A DNA stretch of 64,000 bases, taken from Epiperipatus broadwayi (Eukaryota; Animalia; Onychophora). Where the stretch lies: contig JAQFVV010000001.1 in assembly GCA_028023455.1 (NCBI GenBank), positions 34,286,001 to 34,350,000 of the forward strand, read 5' to 3'. A model generated the notes under the pieces. The model made no database searches, was not told where the DNA came from, and worked only from the letters and a program-made list of their open reading frames with translations. The translations under genes were made by a program, and so were the position numbers. Below are positions 40,134-53,335 of this stretch, piece by piece (position 1 is the stretch's first letter; every line of letters begins with the position of its first letter).

Positions 40134-40908
40134 TTGATGGATAATGAATTAGGAAAGGATATGCATACCTTGGATGTGTCAGTCAAGTATCAAATACAGG
40201 ATGGAGAAGAAAATGGACAAATGAATGAGGATAGAAAGGAAATGAACATTCGTCAACTGCTGAAATCAACCCAGGCACAACAAGGCCACCAAATCCTTAC
40301 ACCAATAATAATTAATCCGGTGACATCTCCTGTGGCAAAGTTTGTCCATATCCAATGTTTTAGAGGGGAACCCAGTGGAAACCCCAGACACTACCTAGAC
40401 AGTCTCAAAATGTTTTTTCAATTCCAGAATATGACGGAACAAGAAAAAGTGGCGTTCTCCCATCATTTAAAAGAATCTGCCAGAGACTGGTGGAACACCG
40501 TCTATACAACCACAAACATTTATGGAATATGAGAATGCAATGATGTCGATGTATTGGAATGCAGAGCGGCAGGAAGGTTTGATGTATTCCATAATGCATG
40601 AAAGATACCCGGCTAACCATCAAGAGACTTATGCTCAGTTTTTTGTTAGGCAGGTAAATTGAATAAAAGCCCTAAGTGCATTTAATTATCCAGAAATGCA
40701 GATAGTAAGGATGATTAGGCACAACATGGCACCCTGGATAAGGAAAATATTAATAAGCACTCAAATGCAAGATATTCAAGGCACGATTCGGATACTAACT
40801 GACATTGACTATGAAAACTTAGAAGAAAACCAAAATGATAGGGTCATGAACCAGTCCAAAAGTACAAGGCAGTACATACCACCGGATCCCGGAAAATACA
40901 GACATTAA
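40134..40908 (+). pseudogene. Ty3/gypsy-type gag fragment between the direct repeats
   Basis: ORF 40134-40532 contains FRGEPSGNPRHYL..EQEKVAFSHHLKESARDWW, typical of retrotransposon capsid domains. It continues after stops in ORF 40696-40908. No PR/RT/IN sequence follows. Confidence 0.7.
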
Positions 40909-41113
40909 AATAGATACATACCTTGTTAGATTAGAACCAACACTAACCCGACCCTAGTTATATGATTAAGAAAAGAAAACACCGTAGTTAGTAACAAATT
41001 AAGTATTACAGCAAATAAAGAGTAGGCTTGAACTCACCTGGCACAAAATTTTTATCTCTGACCAGAAGCAACAGCATTTTTTTTTAACATTTTTTTTTTT
41101 ACTCACTAACTAG

Positions 41114-42823
41114 TGTTAATTGAAGCAATGGATCTGAAGTCTGATCCATGCTTCACAGCCTTTTATAAACTTAGTATTATAGACCTGAATTAAGTTTATA
41201 GTCCAATATCAGCAGTGTTTTGCATTAATTAAAGCTAAAATTAATTATGTTTATATAATTTGTATTTGCATTTAACTATTTCATTTTAAATAAATTCCAT
41301 TCCAAGATTAAATTTCTGTTAATAAAAATTACTTGTAAAACCTATTAGTCAAACATTTATATACGTCAAGTGTATATATATATGAGTTAATGCAAAATTC
41401 TGCTGAAATAAAATGCTTATATTATTAAAAGAAATAGGAATGTATTTTTCTTTGTAAATCTTGTTAAAATATTTAGTATGATTTGATTTTGAGATAAGCC
41501 CACCAACATTTTCTAAAAGAATGTATATTTTTAATTAATTAGCCCATTCAAGGCAAATTAAAGATGGCCTTCTCTTTCTTTTTTTAATTAATAAAAATTC
41601 AAACTTTAAAGAAAGAAAATTAGAATAAAAAAGTAAAAGTTATTTTTTTAGAAAGTGTTACCTTGAAACAAAGGAATGTGGAGGGCTTATCAAGATCTAA
41701 GATCATACATAAAACAATAGAAGGTAGCTTACAAAAAAATGTATAAATAGGAGAGTGAACAAAAGACTAGATTATTCAGAGTTTTTTTGCTGGCATTCAG
41801 ATTTTGCTTTTTCTTGTTGAGATTTTATTCCAAAAAGTTATACAACTGTCGTCTTCGAAATCACGGAGAAGTTTGAACATGCTACAAGCTAAAAATCATA
41901 TGAATTTGATGGATTCTACTATGCTTGGCTAGGCAAATAGCTTTGCCTATCGCTGGGGTTCATAAATACCATCAAAATGCCATAGTGTCCACCCAATAGT
42001 AATCAGAACTCTGTGCCGTGTCTAGGACTTTTCGTGAAAGCATGCTACTTATTTCCACTTTCCTTGTCCGGGCAAATACCTATCGATGGACGGATCAAGC
42101 TACGCTCATCGAGGGAACATGACCAAGAAAAAAGAACGGTAATCGTTTCTCTCCTCCATTGAACTATTTCCTTTCTACCCTTTTTTTTGTTCATACCTTT
42201 CTTAATTGCGTCACTGAATTAAATTTTTGAAATGTTGTATTTAATTATATTTGTTATGTAACCATTTTTTTATTAGACTAGTCTTATATATATTGTGTGA
42301 TCATCTATCTATATAAATATATATATTTAACCCTTTTTCCTTCGCTATTCTTCAATACTAACATGTATAAATATTTTGTATTCCATTGCGGTTAAGTTTA
42401 AAAGTTAATTTGTCATTTAAAATCTCTTTCCAATTTTATTTATGTTTCTAAATTCCATACGAGTAAGTTTCTTTTGTTTGCCAACTTGATCTCCTCGATA
42501 ACGCCTCTTTTGTCCGCCAGTAGCTTATTACGTATATCTGATTTAGCTATATATGTTTTAAATAATTTTAAACTGTCTGTTGTTCGCGCAAAGCAATAGA
42601 AAATGCTTTGCGATTTTTTTTTTTTTTTGTACTTTATCGAGGAGGTTCAAGTTGACAATTTTATTAGAATTGGGAAGAAAAGATTTAGACCGCAAAAATA
42701 TTATATCGTTTAATCTGTTTTGATTGTCTAATTAGTTTTCCATGAATTTAGGGGAATAGCGGAGGCCACTAAATCATTATTCGTATATTAAAGTCATTAA
42801 TTAAATATTATTATTTAACTAAA
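41114..42823 (+). repeat. Right long direct repeat (LTR-like); may extend to TGTCACA at 43169
   Basis: Second copy of 38348-40111. Followed by a GC-richer ~350-bp stretch ending TGTCACA next to a (TA)n run. Confidence 0.85.
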
Positions 42824-43259
42824 TAGCTTCAGTTTTCTAATTTTATTTTAATGCTTTATTGTTACTTTTCCAATGATCCAGGTACGCAAAACACATATTT
42901 TCATAGTACTTTTATACACATTTAACTATTTAGCTCCGTAGGTGTTCCCGTCCATGTCTCCCTCTGATGCTAAGCTTTTTGGCTGGATGAGAAAATAATT
43001 TATGTGTGTCTCAGATAGTGCGGTTGGTTCATAGTTAGCCTCGAGAATAGGTGAATAGCGCAGAGGTCATAGTATTCTTGATTTAATATCTCGCATATGG
43101 GTGGCCTCGAGGTACTTTCGCCTAGTATTCGAACTGGGTTAAACCAACATACATCATCTGACTGTCACAATATATATATATCAAGATTATAATATGCTTA
43201 ATAGTTTGAACACAGAAAGTAATATTTAGGTGAGGTGTAAAATATTTGTTACTGCAAGC

Positions 43260-43380
43260 CTATAAACAAAGACTATTAATTAAGACCAATAGTATTAGCA
43301 GTGATATTCATAATCTTCAGCTATGGAATTATGCTAGATCAGACTTTAAAAAGATCAGTGAGAAGTTAGTAGATATTCTA
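43260..43380 (+). mobile_element. CR1/Jockey-type LINE relic (post-endonuclease region)
   Basis: ORF 43246-43491 contains SDIH..LWNYARSDFKKI, resembling SDH...WNYxxADFxxL. Confidence 0.35.
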
Positions 43381-44676
43381 TTAAAAAAGCAGTATAGAAA
43401 GCAAAAGCCAAATAACATCAATTTACCATTAACTTGTATCCAAGATATGAATGAACATGGGAGAGGAGATATGAAAATATTTAAAAATTAATGATGGCAT
43501 ATATAGAAGTAAATACAATTTTCAAAGGTTTGCAATATATTGACATTGAAAAAGTTATTTTAGTAATGAGAAGGGGGGAAAGATGGCATTGTTACAAAAA
43601 GAAAACAGTATTATAAAGCACATAAATGAATTTACAAAGTACAACAAATAAATTAATCCATACAATTGTGGCAATATCTTTTAAAAATCCATATTATAAT
43701 TAAATAAAGAATTGAAATAAAGAAAAAACAAGCAAAATAGAGAGCTGTATACTGCATTATTTATTATCTGATTGGAAAAAATATTTAAGAAGGGTGTAAA
43801 TTATTTGTTTGTTTGTTTGTTTTAATTTTTTTGAATTATTAGTAATTACAGACCTATTACTTCCAAATAATTTTTTTACTAATATTATTTCAAATCATCC
43901 AAAGGGTAATTCTGAACTCAAGCCAATCAAAAGAACAATCTGAATTTAAAAAATGGCTATCTTCATAACAAATTACATCTAATAATGAATAGATAAAAAG
44001 ATATCTAACTTATAATTTCTGCTATATTTGTAGCTTTAAAACATATCATAGAACAAGGATACTGGCAAATTCTGATAAATATTTTTTCAAAGTATAACAA
44101 TAATGATTGTACTATATTATTATTATTGATAAAAATATAGGATTGAATGATTATATCTCACCAAAACTTTTTTATGGCAGTTTTAATGAAAACAAAAAGA
44201 ATGAAAATAAAGGATATTACTTAACTCTATTAATAATTACTTCCTTTGGAAGTCTTCACAGAGAGCGCTGATAGACTTTCAACTTTTTTTTACTGTCCTA
44301 CAGCTAGAGTTACCTGTAAGTCTCTTGCCAGTTTTGCATTCATTTTGATAGCAGAAACTATTGATTTATTAGTTTTAAAAAAAAATAATCTGAAGAGAAC
44401 AGAAGTCTACAATCAGAATAAAGTTCAAAAAATCCAAATTATATCTACTAGGGTGCTGAATGGTAGAGTAGCAGTTGTGATAATAATCTTGTGCCGTTAA
44501 AAATTTCTTTTGTTTATGGTGATCTGAAAAAAAAAACTTTGTTTTTATAGTTAATTTAAATATTTGTGATTAATTTTACATAAAATTTATATAATAATTA
44601 TTTAAAAAATAATAGATATAAAAATATATTTTATAAATGCTTTTATTTTCTTGCACTAAAAAAAAATATTGTTTCT

Positions 44677-44990
44677 TCAATCATAATTGGTGGTTTTATA
44701 TTTAATTTGAAATAAAAATGTGGCAAGTTGAGAGGTTAATTAAGTTTATCCCTATTTTTTATAAAAAGGAATGACTTAATTAATTTCTGAACACCCCTCC
44801 TTCATGCTTTTATTTCAAGTTAAATATAAAAACACCAATTGTGATTAAAATAAAAGTAGGAGAGATCCAGAAATTAATTAAGTTAATTCTATTTTCTATA
44901 ACAAGAGATTGTATTGATTAATTTCTAGTATGGTCACAATTTTATTTCAAGTTAAATGTAAAAACCGTAACTGTGATTGAAATAAAAATG
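44677..44990. repeat. Palindromic tandem repeat, ~132-bp period
   Basis: TTTTATTTCAAGTTAAATxTAAAAAC at 44808 and 44940, with its reverse complement at 44677-44720. The spacers share TTAATTAAGTT..CTATTTT..TTAATTT. Confidence 0.7.
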
Positions 44991-47900
44991 TTGATTAGAC
45001 ATATTTTTTTACATCTATTAATGGTTAGTTTTTACCATTAAGATTACAATCAAAGATTTATTTTTATTTTTATTTTAAATTATACTAAAATACTTGAAGA
45101 ATTGAAAATAAAATCAAGTATTAAATCAAGTTGTTTACAATATAGTTTCATTTATTTGCCCATTGATCTTTATTTAAGAAACTAGGTAGCATGCATAAAA
45201 TATTTTAATATGATATTGCCTTGCAAGCGATTTATAAAAAATGTACAAAATTGAAACAAATTATATTGAATATAAATAAATATATCAACTTTTACATTGT
45301 TCGGCAATCATTTTGGATTTTTGAAATTTTGGTTTAGTACATATTTTTTTATAGCCTCACTTTACATTATGCAGAAGTCAAGTGGCGTATGTTATCAAAA
45401 AAGTAATATACTAAGGAAAATTATTTTTATATTTCTTCATAAATACTAAATTTTAACATGTAAATTTTAAAGTTTTTTTTTGTTGTTGTTGTTGTTGTTA
45501 ACAGGCTCATTATATTCCTTACTAAATTTCCAATAAAATGGTATACAATAGGCTTACCTAAGACAATTCATCATTCCAGAATATCAAAAAAAATAAAGAC
45601 ATTAAAAATTGATATTTTTTATTTTCTCTAGAAATCTCTTAACTATCCTTTCTTGTAGCTGTCTATATAATGATTGAAGAGAAAGTGATAGAGAACAACA
45701 AGTCTAAAACTGTTTTTAGATTGTAAGTGGCTCAAATACATCACATGTGAAGCTAAGCAAAAAAAACAAAAGCTTAGATTTAGTGCAATATAGATTATTA
45801 ATAATAATAATGCTACTTTTATTGTCTATCTTTGTTTTCGCCTAATGAAAAAGATTTTACTTTTAGGTAGACTTCATCTAAAATATAAAATCAAATGATT
45901 ATTATAAAATGATGGTTTACAAGTAATTAAATGTTATTGTAACCACATATAAATAAAAATGTTAATATAACTTACCCATTAGAACTATTCATAACTCCTA
46001 ATCTGATCACAAAGTCAAAGTAGGAAGATATTGCAGGAATTGGCATATCAGTTAACCCTCCTGAATAAAACTAAGTGAGCTGAAGTTTGGCTTTCAATTG
46101 ATAAGCAATAAAACCGTCTATTTGTACATTTTTGTTGTGCCTAATCATCACTCTCTATAGTCAAAAAAAACTTTCATGCCTTCTTTTTAAGTCAGAGAAC
46201 ACAGTGCTTTCGTTTTTTAATATTATGAAACTACTCAGAGCACAGCTTGAATAACCAGATATTAGAAGTTGTATTTTTTACCTATGAAAACTATTTAACA
46301 CCCATGATCAATCTCATTCTACTAGTTTTGAGTGATCATATTATTTTGTGTTACTATGATTGGTAAATTTCTTAATAGTTTTATCAACAATCACTTCTAT
46401 GTATCTGATATACAGCTCTAAAGTTTATATCACAGTGGCCAATTGTGGTGGCACATATATATAAATAACCCCTGCATTTTATTGCAATTTTTACTTTTAA
46501 TATTTGGCATTTTTTATTATTGTTAAAATTTAGAAAATAAAATGTATGAAAATAATTGGGGAAAAAAAAAAAGATAATCAAATAAAAATGTATCCTAATT
46601 TACTGGGAAAAAAGACTGGTACAGTAAAGATATTCTTTACATTTATGAGGCGAAGATAGCTTTTGAATTATTTTTTTTAGACATTATAATTATTTCTAAG
46701 AAATCACTAGCAGAAAATTATGAGAAAAGCTTACTCTGTCAGTCCCACTAGTAGAAATTACAATCACTGCTTGAGTCAGTTAAATATTACATTATTCTCG
46801 ACAGTAAATTTCTAACTAACAATATATTGTAAGAAAAAAAGAATGGGAAAAGGTGTGTTATTTGGAAAATTCATAAAATCATTTTTTATTGTAGAGAAAT
46901 AAAAATTACATTTTCTGAAGGGAAAATGAACATTGAATTGGATGATGCAAGGTGTGTTTGTGTAGTGTGTATGGTTTTCGTGTTATCATAAGTTGAAGCT
47001 AATTATTGCTAATTTGAAGATACAAAATTGTTATATACAGGTGCAAGGAAATGGTTAACTCTTCAACCAATAAAAATATTTCCATTATTTTCTCTCATGG
47101 CAATTTTTGTAATCATAAAAAATTTGATTTTAGTATTAAAACTATTCTTGATAAATATGGCCTTGATTTGTTAGAAATATAAGATTACAAATGAAAAATA
47201 TTCTTTAAAAAAAAAAAAACATGTTTTAGCAATGAAAACATTGAATTTCTTTTTCTAATTGGTTTTATAAAGAAAAGTCAGCTCAGCCAGTAAAAAGATT
47301 AAAACAATCTAACATTTTTTTAAAAATATAAATGTGAAGCTATCATAAATCTATCAAATTTTGCACAAAAATTACATTAATAAATTTTAAAATATTATGA
47401 AGTAACATGTTAAAAAAGGCTTTAACAAATTTACTACATAGTTTCTTGTCTATTGTTATGATTGAATTTGTTATAAAATTAAATTGTAATAACTTTTGTT
47501 AAATACTTTTATTTAAGTTAGAATAAAATTTTAAAATGAAGGTTTAATATATTTATTTATATTCAATATAAATTGTTCAAATTTGCAACATTTGATATAA
47601 ATCTCTGGCGATGCAATATGAGACTAAAATATTTTAAGTAGGTTACTTAGTTTCTTAAATATTGAACAATGGGTAGATAAAACTTCAAATATTTTTAGAT
47701 CACAGATTTAAAATAAATTATTGCTTCAATAAGTTTTCAGTAATATATGCGAAAGGTCAGTGTGTATATTTTGTTTATCATTTGCTTCAATTAAATGCTT
47801 ATATTGAAGTTAGTCTAAAATTTTAATATCTATGTTTAATTTATCTAGATGTTATAAAAACTAACAGATTAAAGTAAAACTAAAGATAAGACTAAAATAA

Positions 47901-48099
47901 TGTTCAATGGCTTATCTAAAAAGAAAACATAAGATAGATAGTGTTGAATTGTTAATGCAAAGAATAAGGAATGAATGAAATTAATCATGAAATAAAATTT
48001 AGATATAGTGCTTTTAGAAGAAATAGTTATTTTTTTTTAAGAAAAAAAAGTACTTCAAGAGAAAGGTAAAGAGAATGAAAACAAAATATATAGTGAAAG

Positions 48100-48220
48100 A
48101 ACAACTGATATGGAGAATATATGCTAACAAATCAAGAACTAAAATTTTAAGCTGGATCCCTGAAGTGTACAAGATATCTCAAAATAGACCAAAATATTAG
48201 AGATGAATGAGGCAAGGTAG
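48100..48220 (+). mobile_element. RTE-clade LINE 3' relic
   Basis: Translation LSWIPEVYKISQNRPKY resembles RTE LxWxPxxxKRxxGRPxxRW. Confidence 0.35.
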
Positions 48221-49729
48221 TTTGCTGTAGTGAAGTCAAAGTGCCTTTTTAATGTGAAGTGATAATGATTTATGAAATATGACTACTTAATTAAAAATAT
48301 GTATATAAAGCTGAATTTTTAGAATTTATGTGGTCAATTTCATATTGAAATGATCATTTCATGAGTGTCAGAAGAAAAGAGAGGTTTATTACAGGGTAAA
48401 ATAGGCAATATATTATGGCTCATATGTGTTTGTGTACAAAGAGCATTCACCGTGCACTTAAATATATATTAAATAAGATTATAAAGTTTCTAAAATAAAT
48501 TTTTAAAAAAATAAAATTTAGTTTACAGAAATATTTTTTAAGAATAAAAATTACAAACAATATAACCGTCATACAAATTAATTGGATAGATTTGAAATAA
48601 TAATTCCTAGAAACTTTATATTCAAGTTAAATTAATTTCTTAATTAGATAGCTGAGCAAAATCTTACCAAAAATATTACTTACATTGGAAAATTATCATA
48701 TTCGATTTATGTATGTGTGTGTTACAGTTTAATTCATTTTAAAATAATATGTAGTTAACTTATCAGAAAAAAGGTGTAAAAACAGATTACAAAGAGTAAT
48801 TGAACTCTGGAACATATATGGCTAATATATGTATTAATTAACATTCCTTTCAAAAACACTATAGTAGAAATAGAATTCCTAACAATTTTTAAGTTAATGA
48901 TATATGTTTTTCAATTGCAGTAACCAGGAGGCTACTTCTTAGCAAATAATAAAAAATCTTATTGGAAGTTTGATGTGTAATGAATGACAAGCTAATCAGC
49001 CCAAGAATTTTTTTCTTCGTAGGCAAAGATCAAGTTTCGTTTAGAATATCTAATTCTTGATAGAAATTTAATACTATTTTAATTACATGAAAATTTGTCA
49101 ACCTTATAAATTTCACAATACTTTGGTATTATGTCTGGTAATAATTATTACAAGTGTTCATTTATGATATCATGTCATTCAAGAATCCTGGCATGACTAA
49201 TCCATGTCAAATATACTGACCTTTTACATTTTGAAAGATATTAAATGGTTTGGTCAACCACTGTGACATCCCCTCCCCCCACAATATAATACATTTCTTG
49301 CATCATTTGTAAATAATGCAGTTTTATATTGAAAAATACATTTACTGCTAAAACTTTATATGTATATTTTTTTAAAATTTAAAATACAAGGTTTTTATGG
49401 TTCATCATTTAAAAACATTTCAGAGTTGTTGTTTTTTTAGATTTGGTGTTAGACATGATGGGTGTTTATGATAACACAAAGTGCTGTATAATGTGGGGAG
49501 AGGGAAGGATATTTTTGATGACTTGAAGTGCCTGAATAAAAGCTCACAAATGACAGCACTAAGTTCCGTTTTATGGGAGGGGGGGTGAAGGCACAAAGTG
49601 TTGCATTAAAAACTCACAACTACCTGTTTTTGTTTAGTATTTCAATGGGTTTTTTTTTCGTTTTTCATAAAGAATATATCTCCATTATTTTTTTTTTTAG
49701 ATTTGAGGTTTGGTATTACACGTGGTGTC

Positions 49730-51050
49730 TTCACAGGATTTGTGGATAAATTTTATCTTTTAAATTTGTCTGCACATCTTTCGGAGACATAATTTTAAAT
49801 ATATTGCAAACTTACAACAATAGTCAAATATGTTTAAAAATACATATATACAAGCAACAAAGATTACAAATTATAAAATTATTATATAAAAGCCTTTTTC
49901 GGCAAATTATGTTTTTTTGCCCTTTTCAATATGTCTCCACGATTTAAAGCACATACAACGACATCTATATAAACACATGAGAGAAGATAAATAAACAAAT
50001 GGATATCTGACATGATCTATTATGTGATTTTCCCCCCCCCTCAATTCTACTACAAAATTACTCTGTTATATATATTGAATGGATATATATTCACATATAT
50101 TAATTAATTAACTATCCATTCTTTATCCATTAACCACTTATTATTTAACTTAATGGATGTTTTGTATATATTCATACAGTTGTTTTTATTATACATGATG
50201 TAGTTTGTTTCATATATTTTACGTCTATTAACATTTTTAATGTAATCAAGAACACTTATATTATCAATACAATTTATTTTATGTCCATACTGCAAATAAT
50301 GAACATATAATGCAGATCTATCATCTTTCCTAGCAATAGCATCATTGTGTTCTTTAGCTCTTTCTCCCAATTGCTTTGACGTCTGGCCATAGTAAATCAT
50401 ATTACAAAAATTACATCTAATTTTATAAACCATTCCTCTCTTATATTTTATATCATCTTTCATTCTACAATTAGTTATATTTATCCAAATTTTTGCTATT
50501 AGCCCATCCCACGTTAATGTTTTTATCTATATAATTTTTACTTTTTTTATTTAATATATTATATACACTAGGCAAATATGAAATTTTTATCCACTTCTTT
50601 TGTTTATTAGTCCTACATCTATTATTATTTGTGCTATTTACTCCATGTTGTGAAAATATATTGTCAATACTATGCGCTGTATATCCATATCCCATATATG
50701 TTTGTTTAAATTTATCCTTCTGTAACATAGCAATATTTCTATCTGTATTAAATCTATCGTTCTTATATTTAAAATTCTTAATTACACTCATCTTTTGTAT
50801 CCATGGTTGTTTTGAATCAATTGATATAATTTTCTTTAATTTATAATCTTTAATAAAATGCTTAATTATAATCATTATTTTGATTTAAAATAATTTCAAT
50901 ATCTAAATACCTTATTTCATTATCAATTTCTTTCATAGTAAACCTAATATTATCAACATTATTATTAAATTGTTTGTATAATTTATATATTGCCCTCTTA
51001 TTACCAATTATCAAACTATCATCTACGTATCTAAAATATATGAAGGTCAA
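49730..51050 (-). mobile_element. 5'-truncated Penelope-like element (RT C-terminus + GIY-YIG endonuclease + 3' pseudo-LTR region)
   Basis: Three consecutive minus ORFs (50862-51062, 50471-50875, 50104-50463): YFRYVDD, IRFTMKEIDNEIRYLDI, QPWIQKMSVIKN, GMVYKIRCNFCNMIYYGQTSKQLGERAKEH, SALYVH, RRKIYETNYI. Confidence 0.92.
49884..49938 (-). ncRNA. Degenerate minimal hammerhead-like motif in the Penelope 3' region
   Basis: Minus strand reads ACATA-TTGAAAA-G-GGCAAA-aaaacataa-TTTGCC-GAAA-AAGGCTTTTA-TAT: 6-bp stem II abutting GAAA, core two substitutions from CUGANGA. Confidence 0.4.
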
Positions 51051-51052
51051 TT

Positions 51053-51165
51053 GAGTTGACAAAGATTATATTGTGGAAATGGGATGGAGCAGATTATGGG
51101 AAAACTTAGGGTGGACAATGGTAAAGGAAGGTAAAGTGGCTAGCAGGTTTCTCTGGGAATAGCTG
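51053..51165 (+). repeat. Copy 1 of an unassigned dispersed repeat (opposite-strand homolog at 53336-53448)
   Basis: Translation DKDYIVEMGWSRLWENLG..EGKVASRF aligns with copy 2. Confidence 0.6.
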
Positions 51166-51399
51166 CTGAGAGATTCCTGACTCCATTTAAGGAGAAGTCA
51201 CAACACATCACATCATAATGAGACAAATTTACATTGAAACATGCCTAAACATCACACCAGATTATAAACTCACTGTAACATATTTATATGTATGTGTTTG
51301 TTCAAAGTTTCATAGTTTTTCCAAAATAATTTATTAAAGATTACATTATTACATTAAAGGTTATTTGGTACATATTTTGTTCAAAGTGTTTTCTCATTC

Positions 51400-51732
51400 C
51401 TTCATTTGTTTTTCCCAAATTTGAGTCTGTTTTCTCTTTTTCGGAGCATCTTGCTATTGGTTGGACCATGGAGAGGATAAATCCAGCATGTCCCAAGTCA
51501 TGGTAAAAATAACCTCAGGGGTTATCAGGCTATCTCTTGTTCTTGTTTTCTTTATATTGTTCAGCATGAAGTTAATGGGATTAAAATTTTGATGATTAAA
51601 TACTAGCTCACATCTAGTAATCCACAATAGATGATCAAGAATTAATGAGAGTCTCATTTCTGGGTATGATCCTTTTCTGATACATTCTTTAAAATTAAAT
51701 AATTTAGATTGATTTGCCTTGATCCGACTCAT
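51400..51732 (-). mobile_element. Probable L1/Tx1-type LINE ORF2 C-terminal fragment
   Basis: ORF 51454-51732 contains ILDHLLWITRCELVFN, like the xxIWxxRNxxVF motif near L1/Tx1 ORF2 ends. Confidence 0.45.
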
Positions 51733-51850
51733 TATTTATCTACTATTTTGTCATATTTCGTTTACTAATAAATGGTTTTAATAAAAACAAATTATAAAAA
51801 ACCAATTAACACATTTTCTTATCATAATCAAATATTTTTATAAAATAAAT

Positions 51851-52663
51851 TTAATGAGATCTTTGTGCTTGTTTCGAACAACATAATTTTTTGAAATTTG
51901 GTTGAAAAAATGTGAGGTATACCCTTAAGTTTACAGCTGCGTTCAATCTGTTTCGATACTTATTTTTTAAAAAAATATATGAAGAAAAAGCTCTTCCTAT
52001 TAATTCGTACTAGTAAACGGTAATAATAATTTAAGAGCTTTCTCAGAAAGTTGTTCATATTCTTTAATGTGTAACCAAAAATTAATTAGATTGTGTCGTT
52101 TGAATTCTACTTGTAAAGTTCTGTCACATGATAATTCTATTAAATTTTCTTTATTCTTTATTGATAATGATGTAGCTTTTTCTAAATTTTCCGCATAGAA
52201 GGGGTTTGAAATCCAATTATCATTTGTGTTTTCGGGTTTTGGAAAATATTCCATGAAAGACAATTGTAATCCTGTTAAATGTGCTATTATATTTTCTTGT
52301 ATATCTTGAGACAGACTAACCTTATTTTCAAACAAAAAAATATGTAGAGTTTTGAATACTTCCAGTTGATTGTTTTCGATACTTATATATATATATATTA
52401 CTGTTTACAAAAATCTAATTTCTTAATCATACTTTCAATTTTATCATTAACATTAAAGATCGTTATTGACTGTACATATTAACAACTTTACTGTATAATA
52501 TTATTAATTAAAATAATTTTTATGAATTATAAGAAAAAACCTTTCTATGATATTTTTATGATTTAATTTTTTTTTTATGTCCACCATTATTGATTATTTT
52601 TCGTGTACCACCAACCAGCAACTCGTGTACCATGGTACACGTACCACAGGTTGGGAAACACTG
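51851..52663 (-). mobile_element. Internally deleted hAT Charlie/Buster element (5' TIR + transposase C-terminus)
   Basis: Minus strand starts CAGTGTTTCCCAACCTGTGGTAC at 52663. ORF 52000-52335 (WISNPF..LIELSCDRTL..FWLHIKEYEQLSEKALKLLLPFTST) plus a frameshifted tail KYRNRLNA..LRVYL..QPNFKKLC..KQAQRSH* (stop 51851) match the FAM200/ZBED5/Buster dimerisation domain. 3' TIR not found. Confidence 0.85.
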
Positions 52664-53335
52664 AATTAGACCATTCATAAACTTGTGTTTTTATGAGATC
52701 AGCTTACCTGTCTGCTTCAAACATTACAACTTTTTCTTGCTATTTTCTGTAGATGAAAACAATTTCACATTGTTCGAACTTTTCAATCATTATAAAAATC
52801 ACCAAATATGTGAAACATACTTTACAAAAAAATATCTACATGACACCACGATTTTACATGGTGGTATCATTTTCCAGATTGATACAGAAGGGTTCCTACA
52901 AGAATTATGTATTAGCAGAAACATATATTATAAAAGATGCGCAAACTGAATCCAGTTGTTTTTGGATATTCCATATTTTTAAAAAATCTGAATGGAAACA
53001 GAAATGTATTTTATTTTTTAATAATTATAATGAAAATATTCTATTAAAAATTATTAAATGCACTATGAAATTATGCAATTTTCCCTTCCTTAATCTTCAG
53101 AAGACTAGAATGAGGGTTCTTAATTTTGTATTAAAAAAATAATAATCAACCTCTAGTTTTTATCAAGATCTTTTCATCTTATACTTGGTAGACTATTCTT
53201 GTTGATTTATTATTTAAAAAATCTGAAGATGTCAGTTATCCACAAAGCAGCTAAATTTGAATTTTTAATGTGGAAGGTCATAAGTAATGGTATTTTTAAA
53301 AAGGTATGCGATGCTGTCGCTTTTCCTTTTTTAGA

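Noticed and set aside
52683-53142. Overlapping + strand ORFs 52683-52949 and 52753-53142 as a gene
   Set aside because: No recognisable domain in any frame; probably decayed repeat sequence.
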